DNA of 44,575 nt from an uncultured Christensenellaceae bacterium (GCA_944381355.1 CALWKV010000112.1:1-44575), one strand, 5' to 3'. Shown: positions 17,841 through 27,937, counted from the first letter of the stretch. Notes: generated from the sequence alone by a model not told the origin. A program made the numbers and translations.

Positions 17841-19064
17841 ATGAAGTCGACGATCAGAAGGTATGCAAAATTGATGGTAAAAATCGGCGCGTGCGTCCGC
17901 AAGGACGACGACGTGCTCATCGTCTCGTCGCTCGAGGGCGCACCTCTTGCACAAGCTATCACCGAGTATTGTTATAAAGCAAAGGCAAAACGCGTGACGT
18001 TGGTCTACTCGGACGAAAAGGCAAGCCGCCTTCACTTCCTGTATCAGGACGAAGCGACGCTGACCGACATACCGTCGTGGGAAGCCGAAATGAAAAATTC
18101 TTACAAAGGCAAACATGCCGTGACGATCCGCATCCTGACCGAAGATCCTCACCTGTACGACGGCATAGACCCGCGCAAAGTCGCCGCACGTTCGAGAGCG
18201 ACGCACAAGGCGCTTGCCGAATATTACGACAACGCGATGGCGAACAAGATTCGCTGGACGTTGTGCGCGGTACCCGGTGAAGAATGGGCAAAGACTGTAT
18301 TCCCCGATCTTTCCCCCTCAAAAGCGGTGGCAAGGCTGTGGGATCTGATAATAAAATCGATGCGCCTCGACGAAAAAGACTGCATAAAGGCATGGCAGGA
18401 TTTTCAGGCGAAATCGCTCGAAAGGATTGAAAAACTCAACTCGATGAATCTGAAGCAACTGAGATACCGCAACTCGCTCGGCACCGACTTCACCGTAGGT
18501 CTGCCCGAGGGCGCGTACTTCAGCGGAGCAAAAGAATACACGGTATACGGCGCGCCTTTCTGCGCCAATATGCCGACCGAAGAGATATTTACCCTGCCCG
18601 ACAAGAATACGGGCAACGGCAGGATAGTAGCCTCGATGCCTCTGGTACACAACGGCACGGTGATAGAAAATTTCTGGATTTCTCTCAAAGACGGAGTTAT
18701 CGTGGATTTTAATGCCGAAAAAGGCTATGAGACCCTCAAAAACATAATAGAAACAGACGAAGGATCGAGGCATCTCGGAGAAATCGCGCTGGTACAGTAC
18801 GATTCTCCTATCCAAAACCTCAACACCCTTTTCTACAACACTCTGTTCGATGAAAACGCAAGCTGTCACTTCGCGATAGGCGAAGCGTATCCGCTTATAC
18901 GCGGCGCAGAAAAAATGACGCGCGAACAGCTCGACGCCCTCGGTGTAAACCGATCAGGCGAACACGTGGATTTTATGATCGGCACACCCGATCTCAGCAT
19001 AACCGGCATTTCGGCAGACGGCGCCGAAATCCCAATTTTCAGAAACGGCAATTTCTGTTTCTGA
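17841..19064 (+). CDS. Aminopeptidase, peptidase family M29 (AmpS/PepS-like)
   Basis: ATG at 17841 lies 6 nt after GGAG; the track start at 17829 is a TTG. M29-like blocks include HFAIGEAYP and GEHVDFMIG. Promoter at 17754..17782. Confidence 0.85.
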   Translation: MKSTIRRYAKLMVKIGACVRKDDDVLIVSSLEGAPLAQAITEYCYKAKAKRVTLVYSDEKASRLHFLYQDEATLTDIPSWEAEMKNSYKGKHAVTIRILTEDPHLYDGIDPRKVAARSRATHKALAEYYDNAMANKIRWTLCAVPGEEWAKTVFPDLSPSKAVARLWDLIIKSMRLDEKDCIKAWQDFQAKSLERIEKLNSMNLKQLRYRNSLGTDFTVGLPEGAYFSGAKEYTVYGAPFCANMPTEEIFTLPDKNTGNGRIVASMPLVHNGTVIENFWISLKDGVIVDFNAEKGYETLKNIIETDEGSRHLGEIALVQYDSPIQNLNTLFYNTLFDENASCHFAIGEAYPLIRGAEKMTREQLDALGVNRSGEHVDFMIGTPDLSITGISADGAEIPIFRNGNFCF

Positions 19065-19094
19065 CATCGGTGCAATAACGCGCGAGGTAAACTG

Positions 19095-19790
19095 ATGATA
19101 GGCATTTATGTTATTTCGGGAATAATGATCGCAACGGCTTTTCTGACCGCCGCTTTCTACGTCAACGAACACCGCGTGGTCGCGACTATTGCAAAAGTCG
19201 TGTCCTCGCTGGGCTTTATGCTCATCGCTTTCATCGCATTGAGCAAGAATTTCGACAACCTTCTCAATCTGAAATACGGCATGGTAATGCTGACGGGGCT
19301 TATGCTCTGCTTTGTCGGCGACGTGTTCCTGATGATAAAAGAGCTTTTTACGGAGCGCACAGCCAATTTATATCTGCTTTTGGGCGTGGGCGCCTTTTCT
19401 CTCGCGCAGATAATGTTCGCAATACGTTTCAATATGTATGCCGATAGATTTGTTTACTGGCTGCTGCCGATAGTACTGATAGCCCCCGCAATACTTCTCG
19501 TTTCTCACAAACTTAATATCATCAGACTTGAAAAGACTGCGATAGGTCTTATTGCATATTCGGTTATAATAGGTTTCACGCTGGTATGCGCTCTTAATTT
19601 ACTGATCGTCAATCCGTCTGCACGTTCGGTCGCACTGTTCGTTGCACTGGCGGCATTTATGATATCGGATACAGCTTTGTGCTACACCTATTACGGCAGA
19701 TCGGTCACCCTGCGCCGCATACTCAACTACGTCGTAATGCTCTTTTACTATGCGGCAACGATACTACTGGCATATTCGATATTGTTGTAA
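19095..19790 (+). CDS. YhhN-family (lysoplasmalogenase-like) integral membrane protein
   Basis: About 7-8 hydrophobic helices with FVGDVFLM and FMISDTAL motifs. GAGG RBS. Terminator at 19823..19848. Confidence 0.7.
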   Translation: MIGIYVISGIMIATAFLTAAFYVNEHRVVATIAKVVSSLGFMLIAFIALSKNFDNLLNLKYGMVMLTGLMLCFVGDVFLMIKELFTERTANLYLLLGVGAFSLAQIMFAIRFNMYADRFVYWLLPIVLIAPAILLVSHKLNIIRLEKTAIGLIAYSVIIGFTLVCALNLLIVNPSARSVALFVALAAFMISDTALCYTYYGRSVTLRRILNYVVMLFYYAATILLAYSILL

Positions 19791-19822
19791 AACCCGATAC
19801 TTGTCAACAATTCGCGATCATT

Positions 19823-19848
19823 CCTCCGACAAATGCCGGAGGTTTTTT
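19823..19848 (+). terminator. Rho-independent terminator of the aminopeptidase-YhhN unit
   Basis: cctccg...cggagg hairpin followed by TTTTTT. Confidence 0.7.
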
Positions 19849-19887
19849 ACGCGTTTTATGCGGCAGAAGCGTAAAGGTGCGTGACTA

Positions 19888-19915
19888 CAAAAAATCCGCT
19901 CCTTGCGGAGCGGAT
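19888..19915 (-). terminator. Rho-independent terminator of the 221-aa hypothetical gene
   Basis: 9-bp stem atccgctcc/ggagcggat with loop ttgc. The minus strand continues TTTTTTG. Confidence 0.7.
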
Positions 19916-19926
19916 GCTTTTCTTTT

Positions 19927-20592
19927 TCACTGAAGATCTTTGATCCTCTTTCTTCTGGGACGCTTCTTGGGGATATTGAAATTGCCCATCATATAATCTA
20001 TGACCCTGCAAGCCTTTCTGACCGCAAGCGAAGAACGTATCGGAAGCATGAAAGGCACTTCCTGATATGCGCTCGTCTCGCTTAGATCGCGCTGATGATA
20101 CTTGCCGTCGTCGAGCGCCGCGTCCTCGGGGTCGACCGCAAGATACAGCTTGAGCGTCTTGCCGCCGATCGCCATCTTTGCAAGCAGATCCCTGCCCATG
20201 CGGTAACTGTCGCAACGGGCGCTGTAGCGGCTCTTGACTTTGCGATAAGAAGTGAGATGCTCCTGAAGCTGAGCATGCCACTCTATGACGCTTTCGTCCA
20301 TCTCCATAAGTCTTTCGATGAAGCTGGGACGGATATCTATGCTTCCGACGACACCTTGCGCGGTAACGCCGTCAGGCTCCGGATAATACGTCTCTTCCTC
20401 GTATGCTTCTGCCGCAGGTTCTTCCTCGTATTCCGGCGTCGGCATTTCTTCGTAGACCGGCGTTTTTTCTGCCTCTACCGCAGGGGCGACCTCGGCAGGA
20501 GCGACTTCATCTTCTTCGATATCGAACTCGGAAAGATCTTCAAACTCCTCATTCTCGCTATAAGAGAATTTATTTTTGCCGTCTATTTTCAT
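19927..20592 (-). CDS. Hypothetical protein: acidic disordered N-terminus, folded C-terminal domain, basic tail
   Basis: AGGAGG RBS and its own terminator. E/P/A-rich first 90 aa or so. The C-terminus ends in PKKRPRRKRIKDLQ. No family recognised. Confidence 0.6.
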   Translation of the reverse strand: MKIDGKNKFSYSENEEFEDLSEFDIEEDEVAPAEVAPAVEAEKTPVYEEMPTPEYEEEPAAEAYEEETYYPEPDGVTAQGVVGSIDIRPSFIERLMEMDESVIEWHAQLQEHLTSYRKVKSRYSARCDSYRMGRDLLAKMAIGGKTLKLYLAVDPEDAALDDGKYHQRDLSETSAYQEVPFMLPIRSSLAVRKACRVIDYMMGNFNIPKKRPRRKRIKDLQ

Positions 20593-20689
20593 AAATTCCT
20601 CCTGATCACACTATGCTGCTTTTTAAAGCGGTATACTTATATTACTACAACGCCGTCGCCGTGTCAATGAAAAACCGCAGACAAAAAAT

Positions 20690-20944
20690 TCAATTTTCTC
20701 GGCTATATGCTTGTAAAACGGCTTTAGCGAGTTGGTCCGCACACGACGTACCCTTGCCCGCGCAGTTTACGCCGCCGCATTTTTCGACCACTTCGTCCAC
20801 CGTCAACCCTTCTACGAGACGGGGTATCGCGATCAGATTGCCGGGGCAACCGCCGTAGAATACCACGTTTTTTACGACGTTTCCGTCAAGCTCGAAATCA
20901 ATTCTTCGGGAGCAAGTCCCTTTTGTCATATACGTATGTTTCAT
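20690..20944 (-). CDS. TIGR03905-family 4-Cys (TSCPD-like) small protein
   Basis: KGTCSRRIDFELDG..V.NV.F.GGCPGN......L.EG....EV...C.G..CG.KGTSCADQLA pattern. Lies 6 nt after the PfkB stop. Confidence 0.8.
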   Translation of the reverse strand: MKHTYMTKGTCSRRIDFELDGNVVKNVVFYGGCPGNLIAIPRLVEGLTVDEVVEKCGGVNCAGKGTSCADQLAKAVLQAYSREN

Positions 20945-20950
20945 AATGCC

Positions 20951-21844
20951 TCACATATATTCGGGATAAAATTGTTTAATATAAGCCTCGACGTCCTTTC
21001 TCTTGCCTTTGTACGGTCCCGGGTTTTCCATTTTGTTTGAAACGAGTGCCGTAGCCCACAAAAGAGCCTTGTCCATAGGCTGATTTATTCTTTCGGTGAT
21101 ATAGCCTGCAAAGGTAGTATCACCTCTGCCGCTTCTGCCGGAAAGATTCCTTGCTCTTATCGGGCAAGCGCAGAGCTTTTCACCGTCGTAAGCTATTACC
21201 TCGGTATTGTGAGTGATAACGACCTCTTTCGCACCCCACGCGTGCAACATCTTTGCCGCGCCGACTCTGTCGGGCTGACCTGTCAGTATCTCGGCTTCCG
21301 CCGCGTCCGTCTTGAGATAGGTTATGTAAGGCAATATCTCTTTCTTTTCCGCCCAATCCTCGAAATACATCGCGCCCGTCTTTTTGTCGGCGTGTCTCAA
21401 AAGCGCCTGAACGTCAACTGCTACCTTGCCTTTTGCGGCGAGCGCCTTGATAAGCTCTCCGTCAAAGTCGCCGTAGATCAGTCCCGCAAGGTGATAGACG
21501 TCGCAATCGACGTCGGGGATATCCTCTATCGTGAACGGATCTGCCTGACCTATGCAGGTGCAGGTGCGTCTTTCCTTGTCGGGAGTGTGGTACTTGTTGC
21601 GTATAGACGTGCTCTCGAGCGACGGGATATAGAAAACGTCCTCTTTGTCGATAACGAACTCGTTGAGTCTGTCTTTGTCGCAGGGGGCAACCTTGGTAAC
21701 TACGCCCACCTTGTAGCCGCCCGCGTAAGCCGCCGCGGAAGAATAAATGACAGCGCCGCCGACTTCGATGATCTGATTGTCGAGGTAGTCGATGTTGTAA
21801 TCGAGCGATATATGTCCGATGGTAAGTGTGTCGTATTTTTTCAT
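20951..21844 (-). CDS. PfkB-family carbohydrate/nucleoside kinase
   Basis: N-terminal GHISLDY..GGAV.Y and C-terminal anion-hole motif GRGDTTFAGY. GGAGAG RBS. Confidence 0.8.
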   Translation of the reverse strand: MKKYDTLTIGHISLDYNIDYLDNQIIEVGGAVIYSSAAAYAGGYKVGVVTKVAPCDKDRLNEFVIDKEDVFYIPSLESTSIRNKYHTPDKERRTCTCIGQADPFTIEDIPDVDCDVYHLAGLIYGDFDGELIKALAAKGKVAVDVQALLRHADKKTGAMYFEDWAEKKEILPYITYLKTDAAEAEILTGQPDRVGAAKMLHAWGAKEVVITHNTEVIAYDGEKLCACPIRARNLSGRSGRGDTTFAGYITERINQPMDKALLWATALVSNKMENPGPYKGKRKDVEAYIKQFYPEYM

Positions 21845-21880
21845 ATTTTTCTCTCTCCGTTAAACAGTTTTCATTTCTTG

Positions 21881-24800
21881 TCAACCAAGTCTCGCAACGT
21901 AATCGGCAAGATTGAGAGTGTTCTCGTAACGCAGGTACGCTATGCCGTATCTCCTGTCGTTGCCTGTACCGCCGAACGTTTTTACCACATCTTCCTCACC
22001 GTTGAAGTAGGACACCTCGTCTTTGATATACTTGTTTCTGTCGTCGACAGGACTGCTTTCGTTGTCGTACAGAGAGCAGAACCATACCTTGCTCGACGCC
22101 ACGACGTCAGACACCTTGATATTCAAGAGATATTCGCCGCTATAAGTCTGTCCGAGAACGGTAAAGTTGTACCGGTAGTAGTGCTCCACGAGGTTCGTAT
22201 CGTATATTTGAGCGATAAGTCTCTCTCTGCTGGTCATATTGTCTTCATCCACCGTGTCGCCGAACAGATCTTTTTCGTAGCCGGCGCTCTTGAGTATCCT
22301 GTTCATTATCAGACATTCGTTGTAAGACATGGTATTGACGAATATCTCGGTATATTCCTCAGACTCCCCGTTGGGGTCTTCGAGAAGAGCTATCAAAGCG
22401 TTGATGTATATCTCGTCAGGCACGAGGTTGTTGTTTTTACCCGTAGCATCTTCGCTCGTAAACAGGTTGTCGGTCGCGACTTTTATCGTAACGAGCAGAT
22501 AGGACGTGCCGGCGTCGATACCGACCGTACCGTCTGACATGACAACGTCTTTGTAATATTCTCTGACAGCTACCGTCTGTCCTTTCTCTGTCTCGCTGCC
22601 GTTGGTATATTTGGGCAGGATATAGCTCTGATAAGCGGATATGTCGTTTGCGTTACCGCCAACTATGTCGCTGAACTTTTCTCCCTTCATCTTGGTATTC
22701 ATGTACGCGTCGAGGAACTGAGCGTTGACCGTGATAGACGCCCCGTCCGACGAAGGCGTTATGGTAAACGTAGAGTTTTCTCCGCCCTCGGTATTTTCGT
22801 CTATGGGAGAAGTATAATCGCCGTTTGCAAGCGTGTAGCCTTCGAGACCCGCGTGCAGACCTTTTATGGCGGAACGCATGTCAGTTCCGCTCGGCTTCAC
22901 CTCATCCTCGGTGTAGATGTTGTTCACCGCAAGATCGAATACCGTCGAGAACTCGAGACCGCCTTCGACGTCGCTCTTTTCGACGAATTCTTTGGATATC
23001 TTGCCGTCCGCATTCATATCGTTGAACGCCTTGGTTATCTTGTTTTCGATTGTAAGCTCGAGACCTTCTTTGGTGAAATCCTTTTTCTCCTCGCCCTCTC
23101 CTATCGAAGTCTGACCCGAGAAGCGCTTGACGAAGAAGATCATTTTATCAATATAGGCATCGCCTATATCGTTTATATCCACGTTTGCATCGTATATTTC
23201 GTTGCCGAACTCGTCGTAACTCACTGAAATGTCGACTATAATGTCGATATCGTAGGGGAACAACGTCTCGTACTTCTTGTTCTGCTGTACGACGTCGGCG
23301 CCCTCGCCCGTCACGTTCTCAAAAGAGATAGCACCGTTTATTCTCATTCTTATCCTCGGCGTACCGCCGTCCGTATAGATAAGGATATACTGTATCTTGC
23401 CCTCGGGCATTATCTGCATCATATTGTTGAGTTTGCCGCTGTCGTTGACTATATTCGCGAACTCGTACTGGCTGAGATAAGGATTGAGCTCCGCGTAAGG
23501 AGTCTCGTCGTCGAGCAGCCCTGTCTTGTCTCCGTAGGCAGTCGAAACGCTGTTCATTCTCAGTCTCGTCTCGTATTCTCCGCTGACGACCGTGAGCATA
23601 TTTTCTATGTTCGTAGTCGACCAGTCGTCTCCCTCTCTGTCGGTATCTACATAATATTTGCCGTCGATCTCGGATACGAAATCATCGACGCCTTGTTCTG
23701 CAACCGTTGCGTCGACGTTGGTCTTGACGTCGCTTTCGTCATCATCGGGGTCGTACTTGTACGTCTGAGAAAGTATCAGGTACATCTCCTCTCCCGTGAT
23801 CTTGTTCTCGGCATAGAACGCTTCTTCGCTCTCGTAGTCGGTATCCACCTCAGGGTCGTACTTGAGTTTTTCGTTGGCGGCAAGCACCTCGAAGATATTG
23901 GGGAGTATCGCGCCGCCGTCATTTTCGCTCGTCGCGCTGACAAACTCTATTTCAGCGCCCATATTATTCTCGATGTCGACGAAAGCGTCGTATATCTTCT
24001 GATTGAGCTGCGCCTGCAACTCGTCAAAAGTCATTTCTGTAACGTCCTCACCGCTGCCATCGTCCTCAGAAACGTCTCCTTCAACCGATGCCGAGCCGTT
24101 CTTCTTTTCTACCGCCTTGAGGAGACTCATAAGCGTCTCGAAATGCTGACGACTCATCTCGTTGCCCTTCTTGTTGATATCAACGGTTGCCGTACTGGGC
24201 GTTTCAGAAGTGCCTGAGTACTGCGTGTAAGTAAGGAACACGTAGATACTGTCGGGAAGCAACTGTTTGACGAGCTTTTTCATGCTCTCGTTGTCCTTGA
24301 GCTGTGCGTCTATGTTGCCCGTAAGGTCAAGCTCTATCGTTATGTTGAGTACAAAATAGTCGCCCAAGGCGGTGTCGGTGCCCGTCTCCGAGCATACGAC
24401 GTCCATGATCCACGGCTCCATGTTTTCTACTTTGTATTCCTGGTTCTTCAGATATCCGTTGAGAAGCGCAGCAAGCGTATCGGCATCCGCATACGGTTTG
24501 AAATCGCCGCCGTCCGCATAGTCCAGCCCCGCCTGTATCTTGTCTCTTATTTCTATCCTCTTGAGAGTTTCTTCGTCCTCAGAGAAAGAGTTGATCCTGG
24601 AGAACAGATTGGACGCCGTGATATAATACTCGCCGGTCTCCTCGTTCACGACGTTGTTGAAATAATATTTCTCGCTGAATTCACCGTTTATGAAAGTCGT
24701 GGCAGCGAGAGTCTGTGCCTCCTGTGTAAATCCGTCCACTCCGAGAGACTCGGGCGTGGGCAGTTTTACGTCTCTTATCAGCGCGAGGAAATCACCCTGC

Positions 24801-26116
24801 GTAAGGTTTTCCGCACCCAGCATATTTATGACCGCCTGTATAGGTTTGGTCTCGAAGCTTCCGCTCGCTCCGTCGCTGCTGGGAACGAAGTTGATCGGCA
24901 CGAGTTCGTCTACCCTCATGATCGTGTCGAATATTTTCTCGTTTATGCTTCTCATAAACGGTATCTTATTGCCGTCGGCGTCCTCCGCCGCTATAAGATT
25001 GTTGAGGATAGAATTGACCGCCGCCTGCTGTTTTTCACTCATATCGTTGACTGCCACGTTTGCTTCCCAGGTCTGCATATTGGGATAAATGCTTGCAGTC
25101 ACGTAAAGCGTCTCAGGGAGTATTATCGGAAGCGCGTCTATAAGCCCTGAAACTATGGATGGCACCTGTTTGTCACCGAAAAGATTGGCAAGCAATTGCG
25201 ACTTGTTCTTCTTGAGCGCATCGCTTGCCGCTTCGCGCAGATTGACCGCCACAGTAGCGCGTATACGCACGCTCTGCTGTTCGAGCACCGTAGCGTTGTC
25301 GATTATCACCTGACTTATCGATGCGACCTGATTGATCCCGATACCGTATTGATCCTCGATGTTTTTGAGAGAATCGATCTCCGATATTTCGCCCAGCGCC
25401 TCGTTGAGCACAGCCGCAAGTTCTTTGTCGCTAAGCTCGAGCATTTCTTTTTCAAGCGTCTCCTGGTCCCTGCCTTCGAGCACGCTGAAATCGAAATCAA
25501 GACTCTCGAGCAGATCGTCGAGCGTCTTATTGCCTGTTATCGAACCGTTGTCGCCGATCTCGGGCGCCGTTTCGTCAGACAGAATGAGCGGACTGCCGTC
25601 GGACAAAGTCAATTCCTGTCCTTCTCCGCCGTTTTCTCCGTTCTCGGAGTCGGTAAGACTCGACAACAGACCGCTGACTATATCCGCAATCGTTACATTA
25701 CAATCCTCGGAAAGATAAAGAGCCGTCTTGAGATCGGCATAAAAGTTTTCGAGGTCCTGTTCACCATAACCGTTGGTTACGACACCCGAGCCGTCCTCGT
25801 ATAGTTTAGCGATCATACCGATCGCCTCCAGCAGACTCATGCCCGTCATATCCTTGAGACTCGTCTTTTCCTCTCCGCTTCCCAACATATCGTAATCCCA
25901 GGCGACAAGCGCGCCCAAAAAAACGGACGCAATAAGAATCACGACCAGACTTATGCATGCAAAACCTGTATAAAAACGTCTTTTTGTCTTTTTCTTTTTG
26001 ATCTTTTCTACTTCTTTCTCGCTTATAAATCCGCCGTTGGTATAAAGAGTGTCGTTGAGAGACCTCTCCTCAGAAGCGACTTTTTTTATCTTCAGATCCT
26101 TTATAATATTACCCAT
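21881..26116 (-). CDS. Very large (1411 aa) acidic membrane-anchored protein of unknown function
   Basis: Uninterrupted ORF with a GGAG RBS. K-rich cytoplasmic N-terminus (~47 aa), one TM helix (FYTGFACISLVVILIASVFLGALVAW), then about 1340 D/E-rich residues. Recurring motif A(N/T)V(A/D)(V/I)N(D/K). No known domain recognised. Confidence 0.8.
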   Translation of the reverse strand: MGNIIKDLKIKKVASEERSLNDTLYTNGGFISEKEVEKIKKKKTKRRFYTGFACISLVVILIASVFLGALVAWDYDMLGSGEEKTSLKDMTGMSLLEAIGMIAKLYEDGSGVVTNGYGEQDLENFYADLKTALYLSEDCNVTIADIVSGLLSSLTDSENGENGGEGQELTLSDGSPLILSDETAPEIGDNGSITGNKTLDDLLESLDFDFSVLEGRDQETLEKEMLELSDKELAAVLNEALGEISEIDSLKNIEDQYGIGINQVASISQVIIDNATVLEQQSVRIRATVAVNLREAASDALKKNKSQLLANLFGDKQVPSIVSGLIDALPIILPETLYVTASIYPNMQTWEANVAVNDMSEKQQAAVNSILNNLIAAEDADGNKIPFMRSINEKIFDTIMRVDELVPINFVPSSDGASGSFETKPIQAVINMLGAENLTQGDFLALIRDVKLPTPESLGVDGFTQEAQTLAATTFINGEFSEKYYFNNVVNEETGEYYITASNLFSRINSFSEDEETLKRIEIRDKIQAGLDYADGGDFKPYADADTLAALLNGYLKNQEYKVENMEPWIMDVVCSETGTDTALGDYFVLNITIELDLTGNIDAQLKDNESMKKLVKQLLPDSIYVFLTYTQYSGTSETPSTATVDINKKGNEMSRQHFETLMSLLKAVEKKNGSASVEGDVSEDDGSGEDVTEMTFDELQAQLNQKIYDAFVDIENNMGAEIEFVSATSENDGGAILPNIFEVLAANEKLKYDPEVDTDYESEEAFYAENKITGEEMYLILSQTYKYDPDDDESDVKTNVDATVAEQGVDDFVSEIDGKYYVDTDREGDDWSTTNIENMLTVVSGEYETRLRMNSVSTAYGDKTGLLDDETPYAELNPYLSQYEFANIVNDSGKLNNMMQIMPEGKIQYILIYTDGGTPRIRMRINGAISFENVTGEGADVVQQNKKYETLFPYDIDIIVDISVSYDEFGNEIYDANVDINDIGDAYIDKMIFFVKRFSGQTSIGEGEEKKDFTKEGLELTIENKITKAFNDMNADGKISKEFVEKSDVEGGLEFSTVFDLAVNNIYTEDEVKPSGTDMRSAIKGLHAGLEGYTLANGDYTSPIDENTEGGENSTFTITPSSDGASITVNAQFLDAYMNTKMKGEKFSDIVGGNANDISAYQSYILPKYTNGSETEKGQTVAVREYYKDVVMSDGTVGIDAGTSYLLVTIKVATDNLFTSEDATGKNNNLVPDEIYINALIALLEDPNGESEEYTEIFVNTMSYNECLIMNRILKSAGYEKDLFGDTVDEDNMTSRERLIAQIYDTNLVEHYYRYNFTVLGQTYSGEYLLNIKVSDVVASSKVWFCSLYDNESSPVDDRNKYIKDEVSYFNGEEDVVKTFGGTGNDRRYGIAYLRYENTLNLADYVARLG

Positions 26117-26161
26117 CCCCGCATCTCCCCGATAATGAGAATTTATATTTTATTTTAAACT

Positions 26162-26190
26162 ATTATAACACACTTTTTTTTATTTGTATA
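26162..26190 (-). promoter_or_regulatory. Candidate promoter of the giant-protein/PfkB/TIGR03905 operon
   Basis: Minus strand reads TATACA, 17 nt, TG-T-TATAAT (extended -10). About 45 nt upstream of the start codon. Confidence 0.4.
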
Positions 26191-26326
26191 TATATTTATA
26201 GATACTCGCGTGGAAAAATCTGTATTTCAGAACGAATTTCGCGCTTTCTATCGGTGTTTTAAGACCGAACGACGGATAGTTTACCCTCTTTTTACATACA
26301 AACGCCTTTATGTTCGTTTTCATTTG

Positions 26327-26356
26327 TTGACAAAAGCATCGAATTGAGTCTATAAT
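26327..26356 (+). promoter_or_regulatory. Consensus promoter of the SGNH hydrolase gene
   Basis: TTGACA, 18 nt, TATAAT. Confidence 0.7.
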
Positions 26357-26405
26357 CTGCTTGCATACAGATACGTCATGTGTCGGTTTTATGGAGAAAA
26401 CGGAT

Positions 26406-27140
26406 ATGTCAAAAGACTTCAAAAGAGAAAAAATCAGGCTTGCGGTATTTTTTACGTCTATCTCTCTGGTATTGCTTGTGCTGGCTCTTTTTCTCGCATA
26501 TTATTCGGCTTACGGCGATATTCTGTTTGTCATAACAGGCAATAAAAACGCGAAAAAAGAGAGATATGACGAAATGAATAAATCGGCACAACAAGGTCAG
26601 ACCGTGTTTTTCGGGGACTCTCTGACAGAGTTTTACGACACGGACGCGGCATTCCCCTCTTTTACGAGTTACAACCGCGGAATATCGGGCGATACCACTC
26701 AAGGCATGCTGGACAGACTGGACAACAACGTATTGTCGATCAATCCGTCCAGGATTGTATTCCTTGGCGGTGCTAACGACCTCAATCACGGCCTCACTCC
26801 CGACGAGATCGTCGCCAACATACGCGAGATACTCACGAGAATAAAAACCGCTCTTCCCGACTGCGAAGTTTATGTGGAGTCGTTGTATCCTGTCAATCCG
26901 TATACGCATCCGATATATCTTAACAGCGTCGCCGACCGCAAAAACGTCGATATCCTCGCAATCAACGAGTCTCTCATCCCTCTTTGCGAAGAACTGGGCT
27001 GTACTTATATAAACGTGCACGATCTTTTGACCGACGGAAACGGAGACCTGCGCGAAGATCTGACCATGGACGGTCTGCACGTCAACGCCGAGGGTTACGC
27101 TATCGTGACAGAAATACTCTCCCGATATCTGACCGAGTAA
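26406..27140 (+). CDS. SGNH/GDSL hydrolase family protein with an N-terminal membrane anchor
   Basis: Block I FFGDSLTE, block III GGANDL and block V DGLHVN. ATG at 26406 follows GGAG. The track start at 26361 is a TTG lying at the predicted transcription start site. Consensus promoter and terminator flank the gene. Confidence 0.8.
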   Translation: MSKDFKREKIRLAVFFTSISLVLLVLALFLAYYSAYGDILFVITGNKNAKKERYDEMNKSAQQGQTVFFGDSLTEFYDTDAAFPSFTSYNRGISGDTTQGMLDRLDNNVLSINPSRIVFLGGANDLNHGLTPDEIVANIREILTRIKTALPDCEVYVESLYPVNPYTHPIYLNSVADRKNVDILAINESLIPLCEELGCTYINVHDLLTDGNGDLREDLTMDGLHVNAEGYAIVTEILSRYLTE

Positions 27141-27156
27141 ATCCCGACAAACGCAA

Positions 27157-27181
27157 AAGACGGGGCGACCCGTCTTTTTTT
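27157..27181 (+). terminator. Rho-independent terminator of the SGNH hydrolase gene
   Basis: aagacggg-gcga-cccgtctt hairpin followed by a T-run. Confidence 0.75.
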
Positions 27182-27332
27182 ATGCCTTTATATCAAATGA
27201 AGCTGCGCGGAGAAGCCGAAACGCGGCGCAGCTGCGCACGCTGTCTCTCACCGTGTTCTGACTCACGAACGCGCTCAGGGCTTTATGCCGCGCCCGTTTT
27301 TTTTGCGATTTTCACGACAAGTTTTGATTTTT

Positions 27333-27386
27333 ACAAAAAAAGTACACCCTTCCCGCAAGCAAAAAAGTTGCGTGCAAAAAGGGTGT
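27333..27386 (-). terminator. Probable terminator of the 4-TM membrane protein gene
   Basis: Outer 8-bp stem acaccctt/aagggtgt with an inner cgcaa/ttgcg stem. The minus strand continues ACTTTTTTTG. Confidence 0.5.
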
Positions 27387-27409
27387 TCTTTTCAATTTTA
27401 AGACTTCCG

Positions 27410-27937
27410 TCAGCTCTTGACCGCGCCGCCTATAGCCGCCGCACCGCCGAGTACGCCGCCTACCGCAAGCAGATAACAGCCTATCGCAGGCATTGTGGTG
27501 GAGCTGGCGATCATCCCGATGTCAACTCCGTATTCCTTGCCCATAAGGACTGTAAATACGATCGCGAGAACTCCGCAAACAATGGCAACAATACCTGCCA
27601 CGCCTCCGAGAGTGCCGAGCAGCTTGAGCCTGATCACGAGCTTGAGAATGAACAGCACCGCAGCTACCGCAACCGCCGCCGCAGTAATCCATGCGAACAA
27701 GTTGGTCACGACGAAATATTTGACCTCACTGTCGAGCTTTGCAGCCGCTTCGTTGCTGTCAGCCCAGTCCTGCAACGTCATCTTGCTGTCTGCGGATGCG
27801 CCGATCAGGTCGGAACCCGTCTTTGTGGTGGTCCAGTCGATGAACAGACCCGTGAACGCGAGAGCCGCGCCGACTATCATAACGAGTACGAGCACGAGCG
27901 AGAGCGTACTGACGCCCTTTGACTTTTTCTTTGCCAT
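27410..27937 (-). CDS. Hypothetical 4-TM membrane protein
   Basis: MAKKKSKG start after GGAGG. Four hydrophobic helices with a Gly/Ala-rich C-terminal part. Hairpin plus T-run downstream. Confidence 0.65.
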   Translation of the reverse strand: MAKKKSKGVSTLSLVLVLVMIVGAALAFTGLFIDWTTTKTGSDLIGASADSKMTLQDWADSNEAAAKLDSEVKYFVVTNLFAWITAAAVAVAAVLFILKLVIRLKLLGTLGGVAGIVAIVCGVLAIVFTVLMGKEYGVDIGMIASSTTMPAIGCYLLAVGGVLGGAAAIGGAVKS

